Shown piece by piece: positions 46,944-57,172 of a stretch of 64,000 bases of DNA (its first letter is position 1; each line of letters opens with the position of its first letter). The DNA comes from Anaeromyxobacter sp. (lineage in GTDB: Bacteria > Myxococcota > Myxococcia > Myxococcales > Anaeromyxobacteraceae): positions 96,001 to 160,000 of the forward strand of contig JASGJN010000002.1 of the NCBI GenBank assembly GCA_049840735.1. Reading direction: 5' to 3'. The notes under the pieces were generated by a model that was not told where the DNA came from, made no database searches, and was given only the letters and a program-made list of their open reading frames with translations. Made by a program: the position numbers and the translations under genes.

Positions 46944-47012
46944 GAGGCCGAGCGGAGGTCACTCCGCCGGCCTTTCGCTTTTCCGGGCGCCTTGGGCGCC
47001 CGGAAAAGCGAA
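46944..47012. terminator. Two adjacent hairpins; probable bidirectional terminator
   Basis: AGGCCG-A-GCGGAG-GTCA-CTCCGC-CGGCCT followed by T-rich sequence; perfect 18-bp stem at 46974-47012. Confidence 0.7.
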
Positions 47013-47019
47013 GGATTCT

Positions 47020-47077
47020 GACGGGGGCTGCGCCCCCGCCCCTGCTGCGGCGGGGCCGAGCGCGCTGCGGCCTCCGC
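47020..47077 (+). repeat. Family B dispersed repeat (shortened copy)
   Basis: GACGGGGGCTGCGCCCCCGCCCCTGCTGCGGCGGGGCCGAGCGCGCTGCGGCCTCCG. Confidence 0.75.
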
Positions 47078-49333
47078 TCACACCTCGATCTTCACCCTCA
47101 GCTCACCGCCCTCCACCTTCAGGACCTCGGCGAAGGCGCCGGAGGGGCCGCGGATGAAGCGCAGGTCGGCCCGGGCGTCGCCGATGCGGAGCCGCTCCAG
47201 GCGGACCTCGTCGAGCCAGGCCGGGAGCCAGGGGCGGACGATGCGCAGCTCGTGGGCGGGGGCGTCGGGGAACAGGCCCAGCACCGCGCGGAGCAGCAGG
47301 AACCAGGCGGCCGACGACCAGGCCTGGGGCGAGCAGGCCACCGGGTAGTGGACCGGGAACTGGCCGGACTGGCGCGAGAGGCCGCAGAACAGCTCGGGCA
47401 GGCGGAGCTGGCGGAAGTGCTGCGCGGCGTCCCAGAGGCCGCCCAGCACCTGCGCCGCCTCGCGGGTCATGCCGTAGGTGGCGAGCCCCATGGCGCAGAG
47501 GGCGTTGTCGTGCGGCCAGACGGTGCCGTCGTGGTAGCTGAGCGGGTTGTAGGCGGGCTGGCCGGAGGCCAGCGTGCGGATGCCCCAGCCGCTCCAGAGC
47601 CCGCCCGCCAGCAGCGAGGCGGCCACCTTCCTGGCCCGCTCGGCCGTGACGGCGCCCGAGAAGAGCAGGTGGCCGGCGTTGGAGGTGACGGCGTCCACCT
47701 GCCGCTTCTCTCGGTCCAGCGCGATGGCGTAGGTGCCCGCCTCCTCCATCCAGAGCCGCTCCTCGACCGCCGCCGCGTGCCCGCGCGCCGCGGCCCGCAG
47801 CGCCCGCGCCTCGGAGCGCCGGCCCAGCCGCTCCAGGATGGCGGCCATGCGCCGGCGCGCGTCGATGGCGTACCCCTGCACCTCCACCAGCGCGATGGGC
47901 GGCTCGGCCGGGCGCCCGTCGGCGAACGGCACGCCGTCGTGGCTGTCCTTCCAGCCCTGGTTGCGCAGCCCCTTGCCGGTCCGGCGCTGGTACTCCAGCA
48001 GCCCGTCGCCGTCCCGGTCGCCCCAGCGATCGAGCCAGCCCAGCGCGGCCTCGGCGTGCGGCAGCAGCTCCTGCAGCGTGGCCTGGTCCCCGGTCCAGCG
48101 GTCGTACTCGGAGAGGAGCACCAGGAAGAGCGGCGTCGCGTCCACCGAGCCGTAGTACGGCGTGTGCGGCACCTCGCCGGCCGCGGCCATCTCGCCGAAG
48201 CGGATCTCGTGCGGGATCTTCCCCGGCTCCTCGTCGCGCGAGGGATTGTCGGCGGTCCCCTGCAGCCGCGCCAGGAAGCGGAGCGCGTCGCGCGCCACGT
48301 CGGGGTGGGCGGGCAGCGCCTCGAAGCCGGCGATGAGCGCGTCCCGGCCGAACGGGCAGGTGTACCAGGGGATGCCGGCCGAGATGACCGGCGCGCCGAA
48401 GTGGTAGACGGTGAGCGCCTTGAGGTCGGCGACCGACTGCGCCAGCGCGCCGGTGAAGAGGTCGTTGGAGGTCGAGAAGCCGGTGGCGGCCTGGGCCCAG
48501 CTGGCGTAGGCCTCGCGCGTGGCCGCGGCCCGGGCCGGCCAGGGCCGGTGGGCACCGCGCGGCACCGGCCGCTCCTCGTCCAGCCCGCGCACCTTGCCCG
48601 GCGTGCCGCGCTCGATGCCGGCCGCCACCACGAAGGTCACCTCCACCCGCTCCGCCGGCGCGAGCCGCAGCCCCAGCCGCGCCCGGCCGCCGGTCAGCTC
48701 CTCCAGCCGCGCCGGGCCGGCGCCACCGTCCAGCCCCTCCACCCGGATCTCGGTGGCGTAGCGCCGCCCGTCCCGCCCCTCGTAGCGGAGCACCACCCGG
48801 TCCCGCTCCAGCACCGGGGCCAGGTAGGTCCCCCGCTCCGTCCGGCGCGCGCCGCGGATCTCGAAGACGTCGGCGAAGTCGGCCGCCCAGGCCAGCTCCA
48901 GCGAGGTGGCCACCGGGCGCCCCTGGAAGTTCTCGAGCGCGATCCGGTCCACCAGCACGTCGTCGATGAGCAGCTCGCGGCGCAGGTGGACGTAGTTGAC
49001 CGGCTCGCGCCCCAGCAGGTCGCCCTCGTGCAGGCTGGTGACCGTGAAGTCCACCTGCGCCAGGTAGTCGGGCGAGACCTGGGAGGAGAGGCAGAGCATG
49101 GGGCCGCCCGCCAGCGCCAGGCGCCAGGCGGAGAGGTGGCGGGTGTCGGTCAGGAACAGCCCCAGGTCGCGGGCGCCCGCGGGCGCCACGTCGCCCAGCC
49201 GGTTCGCCACCAGGAAGAGGTTCCCGCGCTTCAGGACCAGCTTGTCGACGCCGGTGGCCTCGGGCTGGACCGAAGGGTCGGTGTAGCCCAGCAGCTCCTC
49301 CGGGGCTGCGGTCAGCGCGCCGCCGTCGTCCAT
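47078..49333 (-). CDS. Amylo-alpha-1,6-glucosidase / glycogen debranching family protein
   Basis: AGIPWY..FGRD, EEPGKIPHE, YYGSVDATPL, NQGWKDS, YHDGTVWPHD, LPELF, CSPQAW. Confidence 0.92.
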   Translation of the reverse strand: MDDGGALTAAPEELLGYTDPSVQPEATGVDKLVLKRGNLFLVANRLGDVAPAGARDLGLFLTDTRHLSAWRLALAGGPMLCLSSQVSPDYLAQVDFTVTSLHEGDLLGREPVNYVHLRRELLIDDVLVDRIALENFQGRPVATSLELAWAADFADVFEIRGARRTERGTYLAPVLERDRVVLRYEGRDGRRYATEIRVEGLDGGAGPARLEELTGGRARLGLRLAPAERVEVTFVVAAGIERGTPGKVRGLDEERPVPRGAHRPWPARAAATREAYASWAQAATGFSTSNDLFTGALAQSVADLKALTVYHFGAPVISAGIPWYTCPFGRDALIAGFEALPAHPDVARDALRFLARLQGTADNPSRDEEPGKIPHEIRFGEMAAAGEVPHTPYYGSVDATPLFLVLLSEYDRWTGDQATLQELLPHAEAALGWLDRWGDRDGDGLLEYQRRTGKGLRNQGWKDSHDGVPFADGRPAEPPIALVEVQGYAIDARRRMAAILERLGRRSEARALRAAARGHAAAVEERLWMEEAGTYAIALDREKRQVDAVTSNAGHLLFSGAVTAERARKVAASLLAGGLWSGWGIRTLASGQPAYNPLSYHDGTVWPHDNALCAMGLATYGMTREAAQVLGGLWDAAQHFRQLRLPELFCGLSRQSGQFPVHYPVACSPQAWSSAAWFLLLRAVLGLFPDAPAHELRIVRPWLPAWLDEVRLERLRIGDARADLRFIRGPSGAFAEVLKVEGGELRVKIEV

Positions 49334-50390
49334 TCGTCACCCTCCCCGGCCTGGCCCGGACCGCTCCGGCGCAGGTGATCCGCCACCGCCTCGCGGTAGA
49401 CCGCCAGGTAGCCCCGCGCCATCTGGTCGGCCGAGAACCGCTCGCGCGCCCGGGCCTGGATCACGCGCCGATCCAGGGCGCCGGCCCGCCGCAGCGCGCG
49501 CGCCATGTCCCGGACCCCGTCCACCAGGAACCCGTCCACCCCGTCCTCCACCAGCTCCGGCGCCGCCCCCAGCGGCGTGGCGATCACCGGGCAGCCGGCC
49601 AGCAGCGCCTCCAGCATGACCAGCCCGAACGGCTCCTCCCAGCGCAGCGGCACCAGCAGCGCGCGCCCCCTGGCCAGCGCCCGGCGCTTGGCGGAGAGAT
49701 CGGGCGGACCCGATCCAGCGGACGTGCGGCTGGCGCAGCGCCTGCTGCAGCTCGGCGGCCCACTCCGGCCCGTCGTCGCCGACGTGGACCTCGCCCCCCA
49801 CCAGCAGCGAGGTGCCCGCCAGCCGGGCCGCCGCGACCGCCAGGTCCGGCGCCTTGCAGCGCGCCAGCCGCCCCAGGAACACCGCCCCGCCGCCGCCCGG
49901 GCCGGCCACCGGGTAGAGCTCGGGGTCGAGGCCGTGGTGCACCACGTGGTGGGCGGGCGGCTCGGCCAGCTCGGCCTGCCGCCGGGAGATGGCCACGCAG
50001 CGCACCAGCGGCGCCTCGGCGTAGAAGCGGCTGAGCGTGGGCTGCCGGGCGTGGTGCAGGGTGTAGACCATGGGCGCCGGCAGCTCGCCGGCGAAGGCCA
50101 CCATGGCCGGCACGTGGGCGTGGACCACGTCGAACCGGCCGGCGCAGAATCTCGCGCACCGCGAACTGGCAGTGAAGCAGCTCGGCGTAGGGGTCCGGCG
50201 GCCAGATGGGCCCCGGGAAGCGGGCCCGGAGCCCCGGGACGCGCGAGTCCCCGGTGGCGAAGACCGCCACCTCGTGGCCGGCGCGCGCCAGGGCGCGGAC
50301 CAGGGCGTGGACGATCAGCTCCGTCCCTCCGTAGGCCGGGGGCGGGACGGCGACGAAGGGCGTCGAGACCACGGCGATCCGCACGTCCAC
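49312..50390 (-). CDS. Glycosyltransferase family 4; apparent frameshifts near 50149 and 49702
   Basis: VPPPAYGGTE, GHEV, DVVHAH, VVHHGLD, FLGR, WEEPFGLVMLEA spread over three frames. Confidence 0.85.
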
Positions 50391-50549
50391 AAGCTAGGGG
50401 TGGTACCGGGTGCCGACCAGCGGCGCCGGCCAGGCGGCTCCCGGACCAGGGGAGAGCCGGGCCCACACCGCCGCCGTGCGGGCCGGCGCACCGCCGCCCG
50501 ACGGTCCTCCTGGCACCCGGGGCCGCTGGGGCGGTAGACTCCCTGTCCC

Positions 50550-51662
50550 ATGGAAGGACAGGGTCCGCTCAGCGAGGAGATGTTCCACTCGTTCCTGCAG
50601 CTCGCCGTCAAGCGACAGGCGAGCGACGTCCACTTCGAGGTCGGCTACCCGCCCACCTACCGCGTGTTCGGCGAGCTGCTGGCGGCCAAGTACCCGCCGC
50701 TCACGCCGGCCGACACCGAGGCCATCGCCAACTTCGTGCTGCAGGCGCCCGGCTCCGGCTTCACCCCGCTCGACTTCCGCGAGGTGGACCGCGGCTACGC
50801 GCTGCCCGGCGTCTCCCGCTTCCGCGCCTCCATCTTCAAGCAGCGCGGGAGCTGGGGCGCGGTGATGCGGACCATCCCCTTCCAGATCCCGGAGTTCGAG
50901 GGCCTGAACCTGCCGCCGGTGATCCGGACCATCGCCGGCGCGCGCCGCGGGCTCATCTGCGTCACCGGCGCGACCGGCAACGGCAAGTCCACCACCATCG
51001 CCAGCATCATCAACCACATCATCACGCAGGAGCGGCTGCACGTCGTCACGGTCGAGGATCCGATCGAGTTCATCTTCGCCGGCGGCAAGGGGCTGGTGAT
51101 CCAGCGCGAGGTGGGCTCGGACACGGCCAGCTACACCGACGCGCTCCGCGCGGCGCTGCGGCAGGACCCCGACATCATCATGGTGGGCGAGCTGCGCGAC
51201 CGGGAGGCCGCCGACATCTGCCTCAAGGCGGCCGAGACCGGCCACCTGGTCATCACCTCGCTGCACACGCCGGACGTGCCGCGCGCCATCGGCCGCATCG
51301 TGGGGCTCTTCCCGGCCGACGAGCAGGAGGGGGTGCGGGCCCGCCTGGCGGACAACCTGCAGGCCTGCATCGCGCTCCGCCTGCTGATGCGGGCCGACGC
51401 CACCGGCCTCATCCCGGCGGTGGAGGCCATGCTGGCCACCACCACGGTGCGCGAGATGATCCGGGACGGCACCAAGATCAACGACCTGCGCGCCTACATG
51501 GACCAGGCCGGCGCCGACCTGGGCATGCACTCCTTCGACCAGTACCTGTACCGCCTGCACGAGTCCAAGCGGATCGGCCTCGACACCGCGCTGGCCAACG
51601 CCACGCACCGGGCCGACCTGGAGCGCCGGATCATGATGGAGACGGGGGGCCGTCCCACGTGA
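50550..51662 (+). CDS. PilT/PilU-family retraction ATPase
   Basis: ASDVH, TGATGNGKSTT, EDPIE, ALRQDPDIIMVGELRD, TGHLVITSLH. Confidence 0.93.
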   Translation: MEGQGPLSEEMFHSFLQLAVKRQASDVHFEVGYPPTYRVFGELLAAKYPPLTPADTEAIANFVLQAPGSGFTPLDFREVDRGYALPGVSRFRASIFKQRGSWGAVMRTIPFQIPEFEGLNLPPVIRTIAGARRGLICVTGATGNGKSTTIASIINHIITQERLHVVTVEDPIEFIFAGGKGLVIQREVGSDTASYTDALRAALRQDPDIIMVGELRDREAADICLKAAETGHLVITSLHTPDVPRAIGRIVGLFPADEQEGVRARLADNLQACIALRLLMRADATGLIPAVEAMLATTTVREMIRDGTKINDLRAYMDQAGADLGMHSFDQYLYRLHESKRIGLDTALANATHRADLERRIMMETGGRPT

Positions 51663-52586
51663 GCCAGGCCGGCGCCCCTGCGGCGTCGCGCGTCCTCGTG
51701 GTGGGCTCGGACGCCGACGTCTCGATCACGCTCCACCTGCACCTCGAGCGTGCGGGCTACGGCGTGTATTGCGTGCCGGGGCCGGCGGACCTCGAGGTGT
51801 TCGTGCGGGCCGTCGCGCCCCACGTGATCGTGCTGCTGCTCCCCGCCGCGCCGGACGGCAGCTGGGGCACCGCGCTCACCACCGCCGCCAGCGCCGCCCG
51901 CGTCGGCGTGCGGGTGGTGATGGTGGCGCCCTCCCGCGAGAATCGTGGAGCCGCTGGCGGCCGTGGCCGGGGCCGAGCGCGCCCTGGCCCGCGCCGAGGT
52001 CATCTCCCGCCCGCTCACCGTGGTGGAGCGCCACGTGGGAGGCGGGCTGGTCGGGGGAGGCCTGTCGCCGCCGGTGCAGGCGACCGGCCCGGCCCCGCAG
52101 CCGCCCCGCCCGCCGGCGGCCGCCATCGTCCCGCCGCCCGCGCCGGGGCCGCTGCCCGCGGCGTTCCCCCCGGACGCGGCACGTGCACGGGGCGGCGGCA
52201 GCGTGGACCTGATGGCGCTCATCGACGAGGAGCTGGTGGACGAGCCGCGCCAGCGGCCGGTCCTGACCCGCGTCGAGGTCAACGTCAGCCTGGTCTCGGA
52301 GCACAACTTCTACGTCGGCTCCTCCCGCCGGGTGGACACCGGGGGCGTCTTCATCGCCACCGCCATGCCGCCGCCGGTGGGGACGCGGCTGCACGTGCGC
52401 CTGGGGCTGGCGGATGGGCGCAAGCTCGACCTCGAGGGCGAGGTGGCCTTCGTCCGCGAGAAGAGCGCCACCACCGGCCGCCAGCCGTCCGGCTGCGGCG
52501 TGAAGCTGTTCGGCCTGCCCGCGTGGGCGGTGGACTCCATCGACCGCTTCGTCCTGGCGCGTCAGGCGATCGTCTACAGTCCGTGA
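51659..52586 (+). CDS. Degenerate receiver + TIGR02266/PilZ-like domain protein; apparent +1 frameshift near 51942
   Basis: RVLVVGSD receiver-like N-terminus; VSLVSEHNFY, GGVFIAT..PPPVGT and GCGVK C-terminus. Confidence 0.7.
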
Positions 52587-52739
52587 AGGGGGGAGCGCGG
52601 GGCGCGGCGCCAACGCGCCGCGTCGCGAGCGCCCCGTCGTGTCGATCCCAGGTCGGGTCCCGCCCCGTCCAGAGCGCGGACACCTGCGACACGCGACCTC
52701 ATATGGCTGACTCCACAGTCAGTCACGGAGGTCGCACGC

Positions 52740-53834
52740 ATGCCTGGATCGGCTCCGCTCCGCGTCGTCCCCTTCCTCGTCTCGCTGCTCGCGCTCACCG
52801 CCGCCCCGGCGCGCGCGAACACCATCAACCAGAACACGTCCTGGACCATCAACCGGACCGGCGCCACCACCACCTACCGCGTGGTGGCGTACGGCGACTC
52901 GATCTTCGCCGGCTACAACGGGAGCCTCACCTCCGTCTCGAAGCGGGCCGGGCCGCTGGTGGAGGGTGAGTACCTCGGCAAGACCTTCGGCACCGCCAAC
53001 ATCCAGGTGGTCCGGCGCACCAAGTCGGGCGCCGTGGCCAGCGACGTCTACCAGAACAAGATCGTCAACGAGCGCTCGTACATGCAGGCCGCCAGCACGC
53101 GCGTGGTGGTCTTCGAGATGTGCGGGAACGACTACCTGCAGGCGCGCAGCAGCTTCTCCGGCCAGAGCGGCACCTGCAACTACGCGCCGCTCGACAACGC
53201 CCTGAACAACTGCACCACGTACATGGAGCGGGCCATGCAGGCCATCAACACGTACGCGACCACGGCCCGGGCCAAGATCATCATGAACATCTACTACCCG
53301 GGGTACGCGGCCGACAACGTGCAGACCGGCTGCCGGGACGCCACCACCGGCGCCACCGTCAACAAGCAGTCGAAGTTCCTCCCCTACCTGGCCCGCAGCA
53401 ACTGGCGGGCCTGCGACCTCGCCGCGCGCTACGGGTTCCAGTGCGCCGACGTCTTCGCGCAGTGGATGGGGGCGGAGTACGACAGCAACGGCGACGGCCT
53501 GGTGGACACCGCCGGGCTGGCCTGGCGCGCCGGCGAGTCCGAGGCCGACTACGTGCAGCGCATCAGCGTGACGCTGCGGGGCACGCTCCGCGACGCCAAC
53601 GGCCACCTGACCTCGCCGTCCACCAGCTACGACTACCTGCTCTCGGACGACACGCACCCGACCTACACGGGCGGCACCATCGGCGTGAACATCTTCACCG
53701 GGAGCGGCAGCGGCTCGGGCGCGCCGGACTACTCCGACGCCCAGATCGTGAACGGGCAGAACCCGGTCTGGAACCGGCTGGGCCACGAGAAGGCCGGCTG
53801 GACGCTCTCGGGGAAGAACCCGACCTCGCCGTGA
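52740..53834 (+). CDS. Secreted SGNH/GDSL hydrolase
   Basis: Signal peptide; YGDSI, KSGA, CGND and DDTHP blocks. Confidence 0.85.
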   Translation: MPGSAPLRVVPFLVSLLALTAAPARANTINQNTSWTINRTGATTTYRVVAYGDSIFAGYNGSLTSVSKRAGPLVEGEYLGKTFGTANIQVVRRTKSGAVASDVYQNKIVNERSYMQAASTRVVVFEMCGNDYLQARSSFSGQSGTCNYAPLDNALNNCTTYMERAMQAINTYATTARAKIIMNIYYPGYAADNVQTGCRDATTGATVNKQSKFLPYLARSNWRACDLAARYGFQCADVFAQWMGAEYDSNGDGLVDTAGLAWRAGESEADYVQRISVTLRGTLRDANGHLTSPSTSYDYLLSDDTHPTYTGGTIGVNIFTGSGSGSGAPDYSDAQIVNGQNPVWNRLGHEKAGWTLSGKNPTSP

Positions 53835-53842
53835 CCTCCGGA

Positions 53843-54676
53843 TCACGCGAGGAAGCGCGCGGCCAGCAGCGCCGGCACCCCGGCGTAGAGGACGGCGCGG
53901 CAGAGCCACTCGGCCACCTGCCGCGCCGCCCCGGCGCGGCCGGGGAGGAGCGCCGTCGCGACGGCGCAGCCGGCCCCGGCCAGCGCGCGCGCCGCCGCCG
54001 CCAGCAGCACCAGCAGCGCCAGGCTGGCGGCGGCGTAGCCGGAGAGCGTGCGCAGCCAGGCCAGCGGACCGGCCAGGTGCCACTCGCCCAGCGGCCCGCC
54101 GAAGGCGATGGCCTGGTGGGCGTGGAAGAGCACGCCCGCCACCAGGAGCGGCAGCGCCCCCCAGCGCAGCGCCAGCTCCAGGCGGCCCGGCCGGTGGCGC
54201 AGCCGGGCCCGCACCCAGGCCTCGGTCCGGCCGGGCTCGCCGGCGGCGGTGGCGCCGGCCGCGGCCAGGGCGTCGAGGAGCGCGCCCGGATCGTCCACCT
54301 CGAGGGCCACCGGCGGCGGCCCGGAGGCGAGCCGCAGCGCCAGGCCCGGCCCGGGCAGCGGCAGGCGCCAGGGGCGCGCCGCGCGGAGCGCGGAGAGCGG
54401 CAGCTCCAGCCGGCGGCTGCGCAGCGCCAGCACCAGCCGATCGGCCTCCACCGACGCGCGCCCGCGGGCGGCGGAGCGCACGGCGGCGACGGCCAGCCAG
54501 GGGCCGACGATGGTCAGCGCCGCCCCCAGCAGCAGCGCGGCCGAGGGCGGCCGCACCTCGCGCTGGGCGGCCGCGGCGGCGATCAGCGCCGCGTGGAACA
54601 GCAGGCTGGCCCACCCCAGCCCGAGGGCCAGGGCCAGCAGGGGACGCAGCGGACGGGCGTAGGCGCGGATGAGCAT
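53843..54676 (-). CDS. Membrane hypothetical protein
   Basis: Several hydrophobic segments; PWRLPLPGPG and HQAIAFGG..GE motifs. Confidence 0.65.
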   Translation of the reverse strand: MLIRAYARPLRPLLALALGLGWASLLFHAALIAAAAAQREVRPPSAALLLGAALTIVGPWLAVAAVRSAARGRASVEADRLVLALRSRRLELPLSALRAARPWRLPLPGPGLALRLASGPPPVALEVDDPGALLDALAAAGATAAGEPGRTEAWVRARLRHRPGRLELALRWGALPLLVAGVLFHAHQAIAFGGPLGEWHLAGPLAWLRTLSGYAAASLALLVLLAAAARALAGAGCAVATALLPGRAGAARQVAEWLCRAVLYAGVPALLAARFLA

Positions 54677-54718
54677 GGCGGCGGTCGGCCGCCACTATAG
54701 GGGAGCCGGGAGAGGAAC

Positions 54719-55437
54719 ATGGCCAAGGTCTCGCACCCCACCCTCCGGCGCCACCGCGACGGCGTGGTGGAGCTCCGCACCGGGACCGGCCCCACGCCGG
54801 TGACGCTGGTGAGCGGCGCGGTGCTGGCCGCGGCCCTGGCCGGGCTGGCCTGGCTGGCCGCGCAGGGCCTGTGGCAGCGGCCCGGCAGCGCCGGCGCGCC
54901 GCGCGCCGGGATCGCGGCGCCGGCCCGGACCGCCCCCACGGCCTCCCCGGCCGCGCCCGCCTCCACGGCCCGGGCCGCCACCGCCCGGGCGGCGCCGCGG
55001 CCCGCGCCGGCAGGCGGCCTCCAGGGCGCGGCCTCCAGCGGCAGCGGCGCCGGGAGCCATGGGCCGGCGCAGGCCCCCGGGCCGGCGGAGCCAGGGGGCG
55101 ACGGCGTGGAGGACGAGGCGGCCGCCGCGGCCGGCGCGCCCGACGCGGGCGAGGGCCCCACCGGCCTGGCAGCCTTCCCGCCCATGGGCACGAAGCCCAT
55201 CCAGCGCGGGCTGCTGGTCCCGGAGGGGTTCGTGCTCCCGCCCGGCTACGTGCGCCACTACCAGGCCACCGACGACGGCCGGCTCCTGCCGCCATCCTCC
55301 GCTTCCACCCCGATCACCCCGTCACCGACGCCAGCGGCCACCCGCTCCCGCCCGGCGCGGCGGTTCCGCCCGAGCTGGCGCCGCCGGGCCTGCCCATCGA
55401 GTGGCTGGAGCCGCCGGCGCCGGAGGGGCGCGAGTGA
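54719..55437 (+). CDS. Single-TM hypothetical protein; apparent -1 frameshift near 55290
   Basis: TM segment, Ala/Pro linker, FPPMGTKP..GLLVPEGFVLPPGYVRHYQATDDG, then AILRFHPD...VPPELAPPGLP in the next frame. Confidence 0.65.
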
Positions 55438-57119
55438 GCGCCGCGCGCCGGCGCGGCGCGCTGCTGCTGGCCTGCCTGGCCAGCGCGGCGCTGCTGGCGG
55501 GCTGCGCCTTCCTCCCGCCGCCGGCCCACCTCCTGGTGCTGGTGGCGCTGGTGCCCTGGCTGGCCGCGCTCGACCGGGCGCGCACGGCCCGGGGCGCGCT
55601 GGCCGCCGGCGCGGCGCTGGCGGCGGCCTTCATGCTGGCGGCGCTGGGCTGGTTCGCCGACGCGGTCGCGCGCTTCACCGGCTGGCCGCGCCCGGCGGCC
55701 TGGCTCGCGCTGGCGCTGCTGGCGCCGCTGCTCCAGCCACAGCTCCCGCTGGCCGCCCTGGCGCGCCACGCGGCGCGCGCCGGCGGCGCCCACCCGATCC
55801 GCGGAGCGCTGGCGCTGGCGCTGGCCTGGACCGCGGTGGAGTCGCTCGTGCCGAAGCTGCTGGGCGACACGCTGGGGCTGGCCTTCGCGCCCGCCCCCTG
55901 GCTGCGACAGGCGGCGGACCTGGCCGGCGCGACCGGGCTGACGGCGGGGGCGCTGGCAGTGAACGAGCTGCTGCTGGCGCTGGCGCGCGCCGGCCTGGCG
56001 CCGGGGCCGGGCGGACGGCTGCGCCGGGCCGCCCTGCCGGCGGGCGCGCTGGCGGCGCTCCTCCTGGCCTGGGGCGGGTACGGCGCGGCCCGCCTGCGGC
56101 AGCTGGCGGGGGCGCCGGACCGGCCCACGGTGACGGTGGGCGTGGTCCAGTCCAACCTGGTGGCCTACGACCGGCTGGCGCGCGAGCGGGGCCGCTACGC
56201 CGTGGTCCGCGAGGTGCTGGACGTGCACCAGGGGCTCTCGCAGGCGCTGGTGGAGCGCGGCGCGGTGGACCTCCTGGTCTGGCCGGAGACGGTCTACCCG
56301 ACCACCTTCGGCGCGCCGCAGAGCGCCGACGGCGCGGCGCTCGATCAGGAGCTCGAGGCCTTCGCCCGGCGCGAGGGGGTGCCGCTGGCCTTCGGCGCCT
56401 ACGAGGCCGGCCCGGGCGCCGAGTACGTCTCGGCCTTCTTCCTGCAACCGGGCGTCGGCGGCCTGGCCCGCGCCAGCTACCGCAAGGCGCACCTCTTCCC
56501 GCTGACCGAGTGGGCCCCGGGGCCGCTCTCCGGCGCCCTGGCCCGCCGGCTCCTGCCCTGGCTGGGCGGGTGGACGCCGGGGCCCGGGCCGCAGGTGGTG
56601 CCGCTGCAGGTGGCGGGGCGGCCGCTGCGGGTCGGCCCGCTGCTCTGCTACGACGCGGTCCGGCCGGAGCACGCCGCCGCCGAGGCCCGCGCCGGGGCCG
56701 AGCTCTTGCTGGCCCTCTCCAACGACGCCTGGTTCGACGGCGGCCCGGGCTCGCGCCTCCACCTGGCGGTGGCGCGGCTGCGCGCGGTGGAGACCCGCCT
56801 GCCGCTGGCGCGCGCCGCCCCCTCCGGCATCTCGGCGGTGATCGAGCCCTCCGGCGAGGTCGCCGCCGCCGCCGCGGTGGGCGAGCGGGCGGCGCTGGCG
56901 GTGGAGCTCACGCCGGGGCGGGCGGTGGACGCGCCGTTCCTGTGGCTGGGCCCCTGGCTCGGACCGGCCGCGCTGCTGGGGCTCGCCGCCGTGCTCGGGA
57001 GCTCAATGCGGCCCCGCTCCGGGGTGGGGGCCCCGGCGAAGCCGGGGGAGGGGCGCCAGCCCCTCGGCGGCGGACAGCGCGCAAGGCCGAAGGCCGCAGC
57101 GCGCTCGGCTCCGCCGTAG
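55434..57119 (+). CDS. Apolipoprotein N-acyltransferase paralog
   Basis: TM N-terminus, VVQSN, WPE, YRKAHLFPLTE, LLCYD, SNDAWF, RAVE. Confidence 0.88.
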   Translation: MSAARRRGALLLACLASAALLAGCAFLPPPAHLLVLVALVPWLAALDRARTARGALAAGAALAAAFMLAALGWFADAVARFTGWPRPAAWLALALLAPLLQPQLPLAALARHAARAGGAHPIRGALALALAWTAVESLVPKLLGDTLGLAFAPAPWLRQAADLAGATGLTAGALAVNELLLALARAGLAPGPGGRLRRAALPAGALAALLLAWGGYGAARLRQLAGAPDRPTVTVGVVQSNLVAYDRLARERGRYAVVREVLDVHQGLSQALVERGAVDLLVWPETVYPTTFGAPQSADGAALDQELEAFARREGVPLAFGAYEAGPGAEYVSAFFLQPGVGGLARASYRKAHLFPLTEWAPGPLSGALARRLLPWLGGWTPGPGPQVVPLQVAGRPLRVGPLLCYDAVRPEHAAAEARAGAELLLALSNDAWFDGGPGSRLHLAVARLRAVETRLPLARAAPSGISAVIEPSGEVAAAAAVGERAALAVELTPGRAVDAPFLWLGPWLGPAALLGLAAVLGSSMRPRSGVGAPAKPGEGRQPLGGGQRARPKAAARSAPP

Positions 57120-57172
57120 CGCGGGTGGGGCCCCGACGGCTCCGCCGGCGGGGCGGGGGCGCAGCCCCCGTT
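57020..57172 (-). repeat. Family B dispersed repeat (reverse orientation)
   Basis: Reverse complement aligns with 40392-40520; the 57021-57070 part also resembles 35516-35566. Confidence 0.78.

Noticed and set aside
46590..46960. tmRNA, RNase P RNA, SRP RNA or riboswitch
   Set aside because: I could not find the hallmark motifs (tRNA-like ends with TCCACCA, GAGGAAAGTCC, GGAAGGAAGCAG) on either strand; kept only as an unknown candidate.
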